Source: Mobula hypostoma
Lineage: Eukaryota
Length of the DNA: 64,000 bases
Direction: 5' to 3'
Assembly (NCBI RefSeq): GCF_963921235.1
Contig: NC_086108.1
Coordinates: forward strand, 28,026,001 to 28,090,000
Part shown: positions 52,224-64,000 of the stretch, one piece after another
How the letters are laid out: the number at the start of each line of letters is the position of its first letter
Position numbering within the stretch: position 1 is the first letter of the stretch
Notes under the pieces: model-generated
What the model saw: only the letters and a program-made list of their open reading frames with translations
The model's database searches: none
Told to the model about the DNA's origin: nothing
Translations under genes and position numbers: made by a program

Positions 52224-52422
52224 CAAGCAACACACATCAAAGTTGCTGGTGAACGCAGCAGGCCAGGCAGCATCTCTAGGAAGAGGTACAGTCGACGAAG
52301 GGTCTCGGCCTGCAACGTCGACTGTACCTCTTCCTAGAGGTGCTGCCTGGCCTGCTGTGTTCACCAGCAACTTTGATGTGTGCTGCTTGAATTTCCAGCA
52401 TCTGCAGAATTCCTGTTCTTTG
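52224..52422. mobile_element. Two-armed, near-palindromic PLE terminal insertion inside a SINE
   Basis: 14-bp TSD ttctggtattattt (52210-52223, 52423-52436). Confidence 0.92.
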
Positions 52423-52889
52423 TTCTGGTATTATTTGTAGTGAGTTTTCACATGGTCTCTGGGTACACGAGATCATCTACTGGATAGAACGCATTCATCA
52501 ATAATGACTTGGAGCTCATCTACAGATTACTTGTATGAGGCAGCTTAAAAGCATCCTTTGTAACAGCAGTGACAAGGGCTGATCAAACGTCCTGTTCATT
52601 TTATAGATAAACTTCACTCCTGTGGCCATGGTAGGAGAGCAGAGCAAACACTTCAAGAACATTCTCAAAGTCTCCATGTAAAGATGCATCACCCTATCTA
52701 ACCAATATTATTCCGTTCTCTCAAAATGAACCAGGAGCATCCAGGAAGTCCCTGAATGCTTAGAATCACTGATCAAAGGGATGGGTATTCCATGAAATCC
52801 AGCATCCCAAGAGACTGAGCAACAAGTTGAAGTAAAAGGTAAGTGACCTTTCAGCACTGCCTGTGATCCAGAATGAAGAAAGTTTCCCC

Positions 52890-53722
52890 TGTTACGTACC
52901 CCGTAACTGGGTTGCCAAACCAGCAGAAATGGAATGCTCGTTGGTGTCTGTGATTACTAGGAACTAATAAAGTTTTATTAAAGAAATAAGTAATACAGTA
53001 CGCTAGTCGTAAGGATATAAATGTAACAGGTTAGCAATGATAATACCCACATATACACAGAACTAGGGTAATAGGAATCAAACAAGCTCTATTGCAGTCT
53101 AGGGGTAAAATGATCAGTCTTAAGTGAAGCAGAGTTCAGTTCAGTTTAGTGCAGTTCGAAGTAGTCGCTGTTGTTGTACCGTTGGAGAGAGAGAGAGAAA
53201 TGCAGTTGGTTTCAGGCAGACCTTTTGATGTCTTCGCCGTTGGTTTTGGGCAGGCCTTTTGATGTCTTCTATCCCTCTGTGGTCACTGACTGTGGCCCCT
53301 CCGCTCCGGATACGATCATTCTTCCCCGGTGAACCCGGCACCCAGCCAAGGGTGGACACACACACCAGGTTCCCACCGATCGTACCTTTACACCCTGTGA
53401 GCCTCTGATCGGTTCCTGCGAACCAGTCCTCCAAACTCTCACAAACTTGTGGGGGTACACTGCTCTTTCCAGGGTCTCGTGGCATGTCTCGTGCCTTAGC
53501 AAACCTGCTCTTTTTATCCCCCTGCTGGGGTATCACCTGTCCATCAAACTTCAAACAGTTCAGGTTCAAAGCAACCGGTCTGTCAATATCTGAACTGTGA
53601 TTCTTTCTCATTAATCTCTCTCTTCTCTCTTATTAGCATTTTGAATGTTTCTCCATTGTCTTCCATTATCTCTCTCATTAGCATCATCCGTCCGATAGCT
53701 CTGCTTGGCTTCACACACGACA
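52890..53722 (-). repeat. Solo LTR, family Y copy 1
   Basis: tgttac...cgaca; TSD cccc; inverted homolog of 57387-58203. Confidence 0.88.
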
Positions 53723-54931
53723 CCCCCAACTTTACAAGTTGCTTCCTTTGCTACCTTGAGGCCTGTTGATCCAAATAGCACCAATCTGTGTACCCCAGGA
53801 ATAGCCAAGGTTTGGTCCTCCCATCTAAATACTATGCATTTTAGTGATCAAAGACTTCCCACCAAAATCTGAAACTCATTCTCTTCTTTCTCTAACATTG
53901 TCCTGTACTTGACCTTGCTCCACAAAGGGGGGCGGAGGGGGTGGTGGTGGTGGAATGTCTTCTGATTAGGACAATTCTTGGGCGAAGAAACTGTGAAAAT
54001 TATAGACATGTGCTGTGAAGTTAAATTTCTACAGATCTTCAATTTACATTCAAAACTAGCAGTTTGTGAACAGATTCTGTATTTCTTCTCAAGGCTGACG
54101 GTTCCAATTCTCAAGTTCTAGGAAAACCACAAATTCTTCCTCTTGCCCATTATGGAGGAACTTGTGTACTAAGTGAAGAAGTAGAGAGAAGAATGAGAAC
54201 ATTGCCATCCATGACATTGCATCTTCTAAATTAGTACCTGCATTGTAAATACTGTGATTTACTTAAAATCGGTAAGTCCATGATATGACCGATGGTTTAT
54301 TTCTGATGTATTGATTTTTAACTATCAATTAAGCTTTGAGCAAAGTACTTTGCTCCAGCTGGATTAAGTTTATCAGTGAGAGATACTGCTTGTCTAAATA
54401 GATGTTGTCAACACACAGAGGTGAAGGGCAAGATCCCTCTATTTTGCAGCCAATCTAAAAGGAAGCACCAGGAAAGCACTAGGCTCACAAGGCCAACAGC
54501 TTAATACAAAGAAAACTCTCCTTGTCCTGTTCTTGGAAAAGGTGTTTAGTTTCTAGAGATCTGGCATCTTTTCGAGGAGTTACATACAGAACATCCATCT
54601 GACGTGCAGCAGGGTTATACTATGGCTTCTTTTATTCCATCACACAATAAAGCCTCTTCCATAACAGCAGCAGGAACAATTGCATCTCTCAGATAACAGA
54701 TGAAATATGACTTGAAATTCTCTTTAACTGATACAAATGGGTTTGCCCACATGAAACAAGATAACTGATGTAACTAGCATTAGAGTGGCAGATATTGTTT
54801 GCATTTCAGCAATATTGGCCAAATGTTCATGTGTCATCTTCTCTACTACCTTCTGTACTCTTGTATCAAGATTCCGATTCACTGGGCACACAGTTTAAAT
54901 GGCAAGCAGTGCTGAAATAATAATAATAATA

Positions 54932-55445
54932 CAAATTCTTGCTTTAAAAATACAAACATAAAATACACCATACCTTTATAAATACAAACCTGATCCAATT
55001 TTAAAGTCAGAGTCCCACAAATTATATTACGATTGATCTGTTATTACAGATAGGAAAATCCATAATAACCATCCGGATGCAGGATAAACAAGCAAGAACA
55101 ACATATTTAATAGATATGGCCATTCCAAACACATATAACATACAGAAATCAGTAAGTGAAAAACTCCAGAAATATGCTGAATTAAAAGAGGAGATTGAAA
55201 GACTTTGGAACATGAACAGGATATACGTTGTCCCAATTGTAATAGCTACAACTGGTATCATCCCAAAGTCACTACACAATAGTATTAAATGACTTAGGTC
55301 TACACAACAATATTTATATAAATCCTCAGAAAGCCACAATACTAAACACCACTAGAATAGTTGAAATGTTCCTCGTAATTGAGAGAAGAGTGTGCTTTGC
55401 TATGCCTGTACCTCAGCTTTCACCAGCTTGAGCTGAGAAAAAGTA
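54932..55445 (+). mobile_element. R4/Dong-like RLE retrotransposon 3' fragment in a (TAA)n tract
   Basis: NNHPD..YLIDMAIP..EKLQKYAELKEEIERLW..VVPIVIATTG; TAA-type repeats on both sides. Confidence 0.8.
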
Positions 55446-55464
55446 AACAATAATAACAACTTGC

Positions 55465-58300
55465 TTATAGAGCATGCAAGTGATCTAGTTCAAAGTGCTT
55501 TACCATGGGATGAAGTGCAAACATGAAAATAAAATAAAATCTAAAAATAAAAACAAACATGAAAATAAAAGACAAAAAGATATCAGTTAAAAGCAAGGTT
55601 AAATAAATAGGTTTTGAGCTTGTGTTTAAAAGTGTCAACTTAGTCTGCATCCTTATAGATTAAGGTATTAAATTCTATAGTCTAGGAGCATAGTTCAAAA
55701 AAGCAGACCTATAAAATTATCTTTTGAGGGAGATTGTTTAAATTTAAGAGAAGGGTAGAACAGTCCTGAGAGCTCGAGCAGGATTATAAAACAAAAACAA
55801 CTCTGTGATGTACTCTGGTCCCAGACCATTAAGAACTTTAAAAACAAGTAAGAGAACTTTAAAATCAATTCTAAAAGATACAGGAAGCCAATGCAGAGTA
55901 ATTAGGAGAGGATTAATATGGTCCTTCATCCTGTTATTAGTTAAAACTCTAGTACCGGCATTCCAAATGAGTTGAAGATTTTCAGTAAACTGCTTTGGAA
56001 AGCCGGTAAAAAGTGCATTGTAGTAATCTAGTCTATTCAATATAAAGGTGTGAATTAGTTTTTCAGCATCATTTCATGACAGAAATGGACGTGATTTTAC
56101 AATATTTAGAAATGCTGCTCTGGTCACTTATTTTAAGGAGGATTTAAACTTCAAATCTGAGTCAAGGATAACACCCAGACTTGTTACTTCTGATTTTACA
56201 AGGGGAGACAAGTTCCCTGGTTTATCAAGAAGTTTATCTCTTTTGGATTTGGGATAAACCAAAAGTATTTCAGTTTTATCTTCATTTAGTTTTGGAAGCT
56301 ACTTATCCATGTGTTTATTACAGCCATACCAGAAAGTCAGAGAAGATAGGGTGTTATCATCATCAGGCTCTACTGAGATGTACAATTGTGTGTCATCTGC
56401 ATAACTGTGGACATCAAGTTTATGTTCTTTAATGGTGTCTCCTAAGGGGAGCACATATAATGAGACAGTAAGGGATCAAGGCACCTTCCCTGAGCAACAC
56501 TAAAGGTACATTGTATCTCTTAGAAAAATGGTTTCCAAGAGAGAGAAAAAACTTCTTTTCAAGATATCTGAGCAAAACCAATTAAGGGCACAACCAGAGA
56601 GGCCAACGCAGTTTTCAAGGTGATCTAGGAGAATGTTGTGGAGAAATGTATCAAAAGCAGCACTTAGATCAAGAAGAATTAGAACTGTTGGCATAAGGCT
56701 CTTGACAGTTTTGGCAAGGGCTGTCTCATTGCTATGGTTTGCTCTAAAATTTGACTGAAACTTTTCTAGATATGGTTCTCACTCAGAAAGCTGTTGAGTC
56801 AGTTAAAAATGACTTACTTAAGAATCTTGCCCTTGAACAGAAGACTTGATATAGACCTGTAGTTAACTGGAACTTCGCTATCAAGATTTGGCTTTTTAAG
56901 TAGCAGTTTGACAACTGCAATTTTGAAGGCATCTAGAAAAATTCCAGTTTCAAGGGATGCATTAATAATTTTCCTAACAGAATTGAAAACACTATTAAAG
57001 GACTCCTTAAAAAGTGTGGCAAGGACAAGGCCGAGACAGCAAGTAGATGGCTTAATCTTTGATACAATCTTACAGAGTCCTGAACCAGAAATACTTGTAA
57101 GTTTTGACATGATTGCCATTTTTTGCAAGACTGGGTTTAGAAGTTACCAGTATCTGTAGCTATACTCTCCCTAATGGAAGTAATTTTGTTGGTAAAAATA
57201 TTGTGAATTCTTCACATTTTGTGACTGATGTTTGGGGCAACAGACAGTTTATAATTGAGATCACAATTCTTGAGTCTATTTTTTTGTGATGATCTTGTAA
57301 AAATTGACTCTTCTTACAGAGCATATAGCAACATTAAAGGAGGCTAGTTTTTCCTTGCAAATATCATGATGGACTTTGAGAACAGTTGTGACAAAAAACC
57401 AAGTTATCAGAAGATTGATGCAAATGAGAGAGATAAGTGAGACAATGGAGAAACATTCCAAATGTTAATGAGAGAGGAGAGAGAGATAACAGAAAGAGAC
57501 ACCAGTCCAAGTATTACAGACCGATTGCTTTGAACCTGAACTGTTTGAAGTTTGATGGACAGGCGATACCCCAGCAGGGGGATAAAAAGAACAAGTTCTC
57601 TAAGGCAAGAGACACACCACGAGATTGCAAGATAACAAGACCCTGGAAAAGCGGTGTGCCAGTTTAGAAGTCTGGTCGCAGGAACCGACCATAGACGTAC
57701 AGGGTGAAAAGGTACGATTGGCGGGAACCTGGTGTGTGTGTCAGCCCTTGCCTGGGTGTCAGGTTCACCGCAGAAGAACGGTCGTATCTGGAACGGAGGG
57801 ATCACAGTCGGTGACCACAGAAGACATAAAAGGGTTTGCCCGAAAGCTAACTGCAAAGAACATCAAGGTCTGTCTGAATCAGATTTGTATATCATCCTCT
57901 CTCTCTCTCTCTCCAACGGCACAACAGCGATTACTGCGAACTGTACTAAGCTGAACTGAACTCTGCGTCACTTGAGACTGATCATTTTACCCCTAGACTG
58001 CGATAGAGCTTGTTTGATTCCTATTACCCTAGTTCTGTGTACATGTGTGTTTATCATTGCTAATCTGTTGCATTCATATCCTTACGATTAGAGTACTGTG
58101 TTACTTATTTCTTTAACAAAACTTTCTTAGTTCCAGTAATCCAGACTCCAACTAAGTGGTCCATTTCTGCTGGTTTGGCAACCCAGTTATGGGGTACGTA
58201 ACACAGTTTTCCACCATTTTTTCTCAACTGCCTCTGCATGGTCTCGAGTTCATGGACAGAATTGTTTAATTGCACTGATGTTTTATGAAGTGATTTCTTT
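55465..58300 (-). mobile_element. L2 LINE fragment interrupted by a solo LTR
   Basis: LLDLSAAFDT, KKPNLD..NYRSIS, RLDYYNAL..LHWLPVSFRIDFK; tail gtaaagcactttga. Confidence 0.88.
57387..58203 (+). repeat. Solo LTR, family Y copy 2
   Basis: tgtgac...gtaaca; TSD cagt (57383-57386, 58204-58207). Confidence 0.9.
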
Positions 58301-58534
58301 TTAACCCTAAGTGGTGTATTTAATGATATTTGTCAAGTAATTTTTGAAAGAGTCAATCATTTCATTTCCTGAACAGTTTGGGTCACATGGGTCAGAGAAG
58401 TTAGCCAGCTCAGAGAACTCAAATTGTGTTGCAGTACCAGGAAACCATTTTGTTAACTGTAATTTTGTTACAGGCAGGAGAGCATCAAAAAGAATAAAAA
58501 AGATCAGAGATTGTGGTATCACATGGAGGAGGCT

Positions 58535-59490
58535 GCTCTTCCCTCCCCATCATCTTCAACTCAGGTGCCCCCCAGGTCTGTGTGCTGAGCCTACTGCTAT
58601 ACACTCTGCTCATACATGACTGCACGGCTAAGCAGCCGAGTAATCACATTGTGAAGTTCACTGATGACACGACATTGGTGGGGCTCATCACCAACAACAA
58701 TGAGACACCTACAGAGAGAATATGGGAGAGAGATGGTTAGGAGAATAGGGCTGCGAGTGAAAATGGAGTGAACTGGCAGAGTAGGCTTGATGGGCCAAAT
58801 GGCCTGATTCTGCTCAAGGCCTAGTACCAGGGAAAATAACTTCTCCCTTAATGTCAACAAGACAAAGGAGATGGTTATCAACTTCAGAACTCACACCAAT
58901 CACACTCACTTTACATCAGCGGCACAGCAGTGGAAACCCCTGGGAGAGCACATAACACACAACCTCTCATGGTCCCAGAATACATCCTACACAATTCGAA
59001 AAGCTCTCCAATGTCTTTACTTTCTGAGGAGGTTGAAGAGAGTTGGGCGTCATTCTATAGACACACAATAGAGAACATCCTTATATGCTGCATCACGGCT
59101 TGATATGGAAACTGCACTGCAGCAGACAGCAAGGCTTTATAACAGGTAGTCAAAACTGGCCAACACATCACTGGCACTAGAGTCCCCGCTGTCAAGGACA
59201 TATATTCGAAGGTTGTTGCAAAAGGGCCGATAATATCATGATGGATCCCTCCCACCCTGCCATTGGACTGTTTGTTCCACTCCCTTCAGCTACATAATAT
59301 CCATGCCAAGACAATTGGACACAAAAACAGTTCCTTTCCCCAAGTAGAAAGACTGATTAACACCTCCACCCACTAACTCCACCACTACTTTATTATTTCC
59401 CATCAGTCAATTTATGTACAGAATGTAACATTATGGACATACAGCCAATGTATATAAGCTATCTTATGTATTTATATTTAGTGTGTGTTT
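58535..59490 (+). mobile_element. Rex1/Babar-type LINE RT/3' fragment with a small CR1-tail insert (~58720-58815)
   Basis: GAPQVCVLSLLLYTLLIHDC..KFTDDTTLVGLI; LYFLRRLK. Confidence 0.85.
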
Positions 59491-59504
59491 TATTATTATT
59501 ATTA

Positions 59505-59700
59505 TTTATTTTTTCTCAGCTTAAGCTGGTAAAACCTGAGATTTGGGATTAGCCAAGCACGATCGTTTCTCAATTACTAGGAACTTTCAAACTGTTCTAG
59601 TAGTTCTTAATTTGTGGCTTTCTGAAGATTTACATAGATATTACTCTGTAGCCTGAATTGTTTAATACTGTTGTGTAGTGCCTTTGGAATGGTACCAGCT
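59505..59700 (-). mobile_element. Second R4/Dong-like 3' fragment next to (TTA)n
   Basis: Reverse-complement similarity to 55250-55445 (accagctt.agctgagaaaaa). Confidence 0.7.
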
Positions 59701-60232
59701 GGTTAATTGGTCACTGTAAATTGTCCCATGATTAGGCTAAACGTAAATCAGGGGTTGCTGGCAGCGCAGCTCGAAGAGCTGGAAGGGTCTATTCCGTGCT
59801 GGATCTCTAAATAAATATACAAATAAATAAATGATCTTCATATCAAATGGACTCAATAAAGGAGAAAGAAGTTTAACTGAAATAAATTGTTAGCTTTGGC
59901 CTAGTGCCATACTGAGGGAACACTGTAGAGTCAGTGGCGCTGCCTTTTGGCTGGGAAATGAAGCAATGGACTTGACTCTTCACAAACCCTGCACCCCACA
60001 ATCCATTAACCTCATATTGGCTAAAGTGAACACTAGTTCACTCACCAGTTTAAGTAAACATATCTGTCACAAAGCCACACAGGGGTTGAAAGTGGAGGAT
60101 TGTGGGGTTATTTGCTGCCCCATGTTCCATCATTGTTTACCTGTGCTATGTGGAAAGCAAATGAAATTTTAAAATTACCATGTAGGTGACAAAAAGTTGT
60201 TTTTTTTTTCTCCACTCAATTTAAAAACCTCA

Positions 60233-61272
60233 GAAGGCTAAGAGTGGTTGTAGATGGATCATATTCTGCATGGAGGTCGGTGACCAGTGGTGTGCCTCAG
60301 GGATCTGTTCTGGGACCCCTACTCTTTGTGATTTTTATAAATGACCTGGATGAGGAAGCGGAGGGATGGGTTAGTAAATTTGCTGATGACACAAAGGATG
60401 GGGGTGTTGTGGATAGTGTGGAGGGCTGTCAGAGATTACAGGGGGATATTGATAGGATGCAAACTGTGCTGAGAAGTGGCAGATGGAGTTCAAACCAGAT
60501 ATGTGTGAGCTGGTTCATTTTGGTAGGTCAAATATGATGGCAGAATATAGCATTAATGGCAGTGTGGAGGATCAGAGGGATCCTGGGGTCTGAGTCCATA
60601 GGACACTCAAAGCTGCTACGCAGGTTGACTCTTTGGTTAAGAAGACATGCAGTGCATTGGCCTTCATCAACCATGGGATTGATAAGAGCCAAGAGGTAAT
60701 GTTGCAGCTATATAGGACCCTGGTCAGACCACACTTGGAGTACTGTGCTCAATTCTGATCGCCTCACTACAGGAAGGATATGGAAACCATAGAAAGGGTG
60801 CAGAGGAGATTTACAAGGATGTTGTCTGGATTGGGGAGCATACCTTATGAGAATAGGTTAAGTGAACTCAGCTTTTTCTCCTTGGAGAAACGAAGGTTCA
60901 GAGGTGACCTGATAGAGGTATACAAGATAATGAGAGGCATTGGTCACGCGGATTGTCAGAGGTTTTTTCCCAGGGCTGAAATGGCTAACACAAGGGGGCA
61001 CAGTTTTAAGGTGCTTGGAAGTAGGTACAGAGGAGATGTCAGGGGTAAGTTTTTTTACACAGAGAGTGGTGAGTGCATAGAATGGGCTGCTAGTGTCAGT
61101 GGTGGAGGTGGAAACAATAGGGTCTTTTAAGAGACTCCTGGATAGGTACATGAGCTTACAAAATAGAAGGCTATGGGTAAGCCTAGGTAGTTCTAAGGTA
61201 AGGACATGTTCGGCACGGTTTTGTGGGCTGAAGGGCCTGTATTGTGCTGTAGGTTTTCTATGTTTTTATATG
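60233..61272 (+). mobile_element. CR1 3' fragment
   Basis: [27 protein letters not shown]. Confidence 0.92.
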
Positions 61273-61384
61273 ACGTTATTCAATTTTTGTACTTCTGTGG
61301 AGGGATTCTGCCGATATTCCTGCCATTCAGCCTCTGAGAAGGTTCTACCAGCACTGAGTAGAATAAAAATGGAAATAACATCTC

Positions 61385-62352
61385 CACTTCACTGACAATC
61401 AGCACTGATGCACCTCAAGGATGTATGCTTAGCTCACTGCTCTGTTCTGTCTATACCCGTGACTGTGTGGCTAGGCACAGCTCAAATGCCATCTATAAAT
61501 TTACTGACGACTCAATTATTGTTGGCAGAATTTCAGATGGTGACGAGAAGGTATACAGGAGTGAGATGGATCAGCTGGTTGAGCGCTGTTGCAGCAAAAC
61601 CTTGCACTCCACATCAGCAAGTATTGATTGTGGACTTCAGAAATGGTAAGATGAGAGAACACATACCTGTCCTCATCGAGGGATCAGCAGTGGAAAGGGC
61701 GAACAATTTCAAGTTCCTGGGTGTCAGCATCTGAGGATCTATCCTGGGCCCAACATATTGATGCAGTTACAAAGAATGCCAAACAGCAGCTACTTTTCAT
61801 TCAGAGATTGAGAGATTTGGTATGACAAGAAAGAACGTTCACAAATTTTTACAGGTGTACCATGGAGCACATTCTAACTGGCTGCATCACCGTCTGGCAT
61901 GGGAGTCGGGGAACGGGTGCAGGGCACTGCACAGGATCGAAATAAGCTGCAGAAAGTTGTAAACTCAATCAACTCCATCATGGGCATATCTTCAAAGAGC
62001 GATACCTCAAAAAGATAGCATCCATCATTAAGGAACCGCACCACCCAGAACATGATCTCTTCTCATTGCTACCCATCAGGGAAGAGGTAGAGGAGCCTGA
62101 AGGCACACATTTAATGATTCAAGAACAGCTTCTTCCCCTCTGCCATCAGATTACTAAATGGACATTGAACCCAGGAACACTACCTCACTCCATTTTTTCT
62201 CTCTTTTCGTACTACTTGTTTAATTTTTTTTAATGTATATATACTACTTACTGTAATTTACAGATTCTATTGTTATATATTACAATGTACTGCTGTTGCA
62301 TAACACCAAATTTTACGACATATACCAATGATATTAAACCTGATTCTGATTC
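61385..62352 (+). mobile_element. Rex1/Babar-type LINE 3' fragment
   Basis: YTRDCVA..YKFTDD; FKFLGV; tail attaaacctgattctgatt. Confidence 0.85.
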
Positions 62353-62689
62353 TTCTCATTGCTGATAATGGTTCTTTCACTTCCCTTCAGTTGTGTATTT
62401 TGAATCACTAAGCCCGAGCCCAAAATGCAACTTTTTAAAGAGGCAATCCCAAGTTATTCCTCCAAATAAATTACTCTCTGACATACCAATGATTATTCAA
62501 CAGACGTAGGAGTATACCATTAGTGCATTCCCTTAACGGGCACAAATTAAAAGTTTAGTTCATCCAGTGGTCCTGATATAAACTTGATTTTACCTCCCTT
62601 CTCTGTGGATCTGTCATAATTTGATGTTATTGTAGTGCAAAGTTGGTGAACTGATGCCATTTTACATACACCCAGTGGCTGTTTTATTC

Positions 62690-63188
62690 GGTGCCTAATA
62701 TTAATAAAGTGGCTTTTGCGTGCATGTGTATGGTCTTGTACTGCTGTAGCCCATCCAGATGTGATGTGTTGAGCGCTCAGAGATACTCGTCTGCACACCA
62801 CTCTTGTAGTGCATGGTTTTTGGAGCTACTGTTGCCTTCCTGTCAACTTAAACCAGTCTAGCCATTCTCCTCTGACCTCACATTAACACGGCATTTTCAT
62901 CCACAGAACTCACAATCACTGGGTTCTTTTTTGTTTTTCACAACATTCTCTGTAAACTCTAGGGACTGTTGTGCATGAATGTCCCAGGAGTCTTGCAGTT
63001 TCTGAAATACTCAAACCACCCTGTCCGGCATCAACAATTATTACACAGTCAAAGTCATTTAGATCACAAAGCTTCCCCATTCTGATGTTTGCCCTAAACC
63101 TCTTGGCCATGTCCACATGCTTTTATGCATAGAGCTGCTGCCACGTGATAGGCTGATTAGATATTTGCATTAACAAGCAGGTGTACAG
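62690..63188 (-). mobile_element. Tc1-like non-autonomous remnant, same family as 19885-20370
   Basis: MGKLCDLNDF..GLSISETA.LLG. Confidence 0.8.
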
Positions 63189-63302
63189 TAGAACCTCTCA
63201 GGCAAAATACAAATATATTTTCTCAGAATGTCACAGATGTAGAATCAATTTAAGTGATCAGGCAAGTCAGCTATCACTCATTTGGCAGTGTCACTTCTAG
63301 AG

Positions 63303-63383
63303 CAGGGGTTCCCAACCTGGGGTTCATGGACCCCTTGCTTAATGGTATTGGTCTATGACATTAAAAAAGGTTGGGAACTCCTG
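63303..63383. mobile_element. hAT MITE (~81 bp)
   Basis: TIR caggggttcccaacct / aggttgggaactcctg; inverted homolog of 29956-30036. Confidence 0.85.
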
Positions 63384-64000
63384 CTGTAGAAAGACTAGAG
63401 TGCTTAATCAAGGCTCCTACTTCTCTGCAGTGCTAATAGATGCTGTGCTGATAGTTTAACCTTCCTACTGAAAACTGAGGCTCTGTCTGCCCATAGAGAG
63501 ATGTACAAAATTCCCATGGTACTAACTAAACAAGAGTGACAGGAATTCTCTCCTGCCAGTGTCAGTGTCATACATCACCAACAGAACTTAAGCTAGATCA
63601 ATGAGAGACGCTGGACTTCCTTGTGGTCAAGAGGCGATGTTATCACAGTTTCTGCTTTTCATGAACAAAGGATCTCATTGCCTGCAAGGTTTTTTCATCA
63701 TCCTGAAGCCATGATATATTCAAAATAAATTCATTAAAAGAAGGCAGTAGTTACTTTGGAGGTGAATTAAATTAAGGGATCTGGAGAACTGAGAATAGAA
63801 GGAGGGGAGTGAGATTAGGGAAGCATTAATGGGAGATTTATTAGAATATAGAATACTTTACCATAGAGAATAGATAAAGCTAAGCTACTGAAGCTTTACC
63901 TAAAGTGAGACAAAGGAACATACAGGACCATGAACAAGAGCATGGAGGCCAGATTAACTACAGGTAGAACATTGAAGAGTTGACACAGCAATTTTGGATA

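Overview
A eukaryotic, repeat-saturated window with no recognisable host gene or exon. The mix of CR1, Rex1/Babar, L2, Penelope, HERO, R4/Dong, Gypsy, hAT and Tc1/mariner repeats suggests a cartilaginous fish, probably a ray (inference only). Every ORF I can assign is transposon-derived. Main elements: (1) a 5.3-kb Gmr1-type Gypsy provirus (LTR-gag-PR-IN-LTR) that has lost RT and almost all of RNase H; (2) a near full-length degraded CR1 carrying nested Rex/Babar and hAT insertions; (3) about ten Penelope-like (PLE) insertions, including a 3.2-kb inverted twin with a 15-bp TSD; (4) HERO, Vingi-like, R4/Dong-like and L2 fragments; (5) four solo LTRs, SINEs and MITEs. The most interesting system is the PLE family. 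Its termini carry a minimal type-I hammerhead ribozyme motif (CUGANGA...GAAACGUC, loopless palindromic stem III). Its insertions repeatedly show two opposed arms that end at two fixed positions about 30-45 nt apart, and short arms tend to stop at the hammerhead. Also notable are a 106-nt inverted templated copy of a site 2 kb away at a LINE 5' junction, and a SINE family with one head/core but three different tails. Family names come from motif recognition, not database searches. Boundaries are approximate unless a TSD is given.
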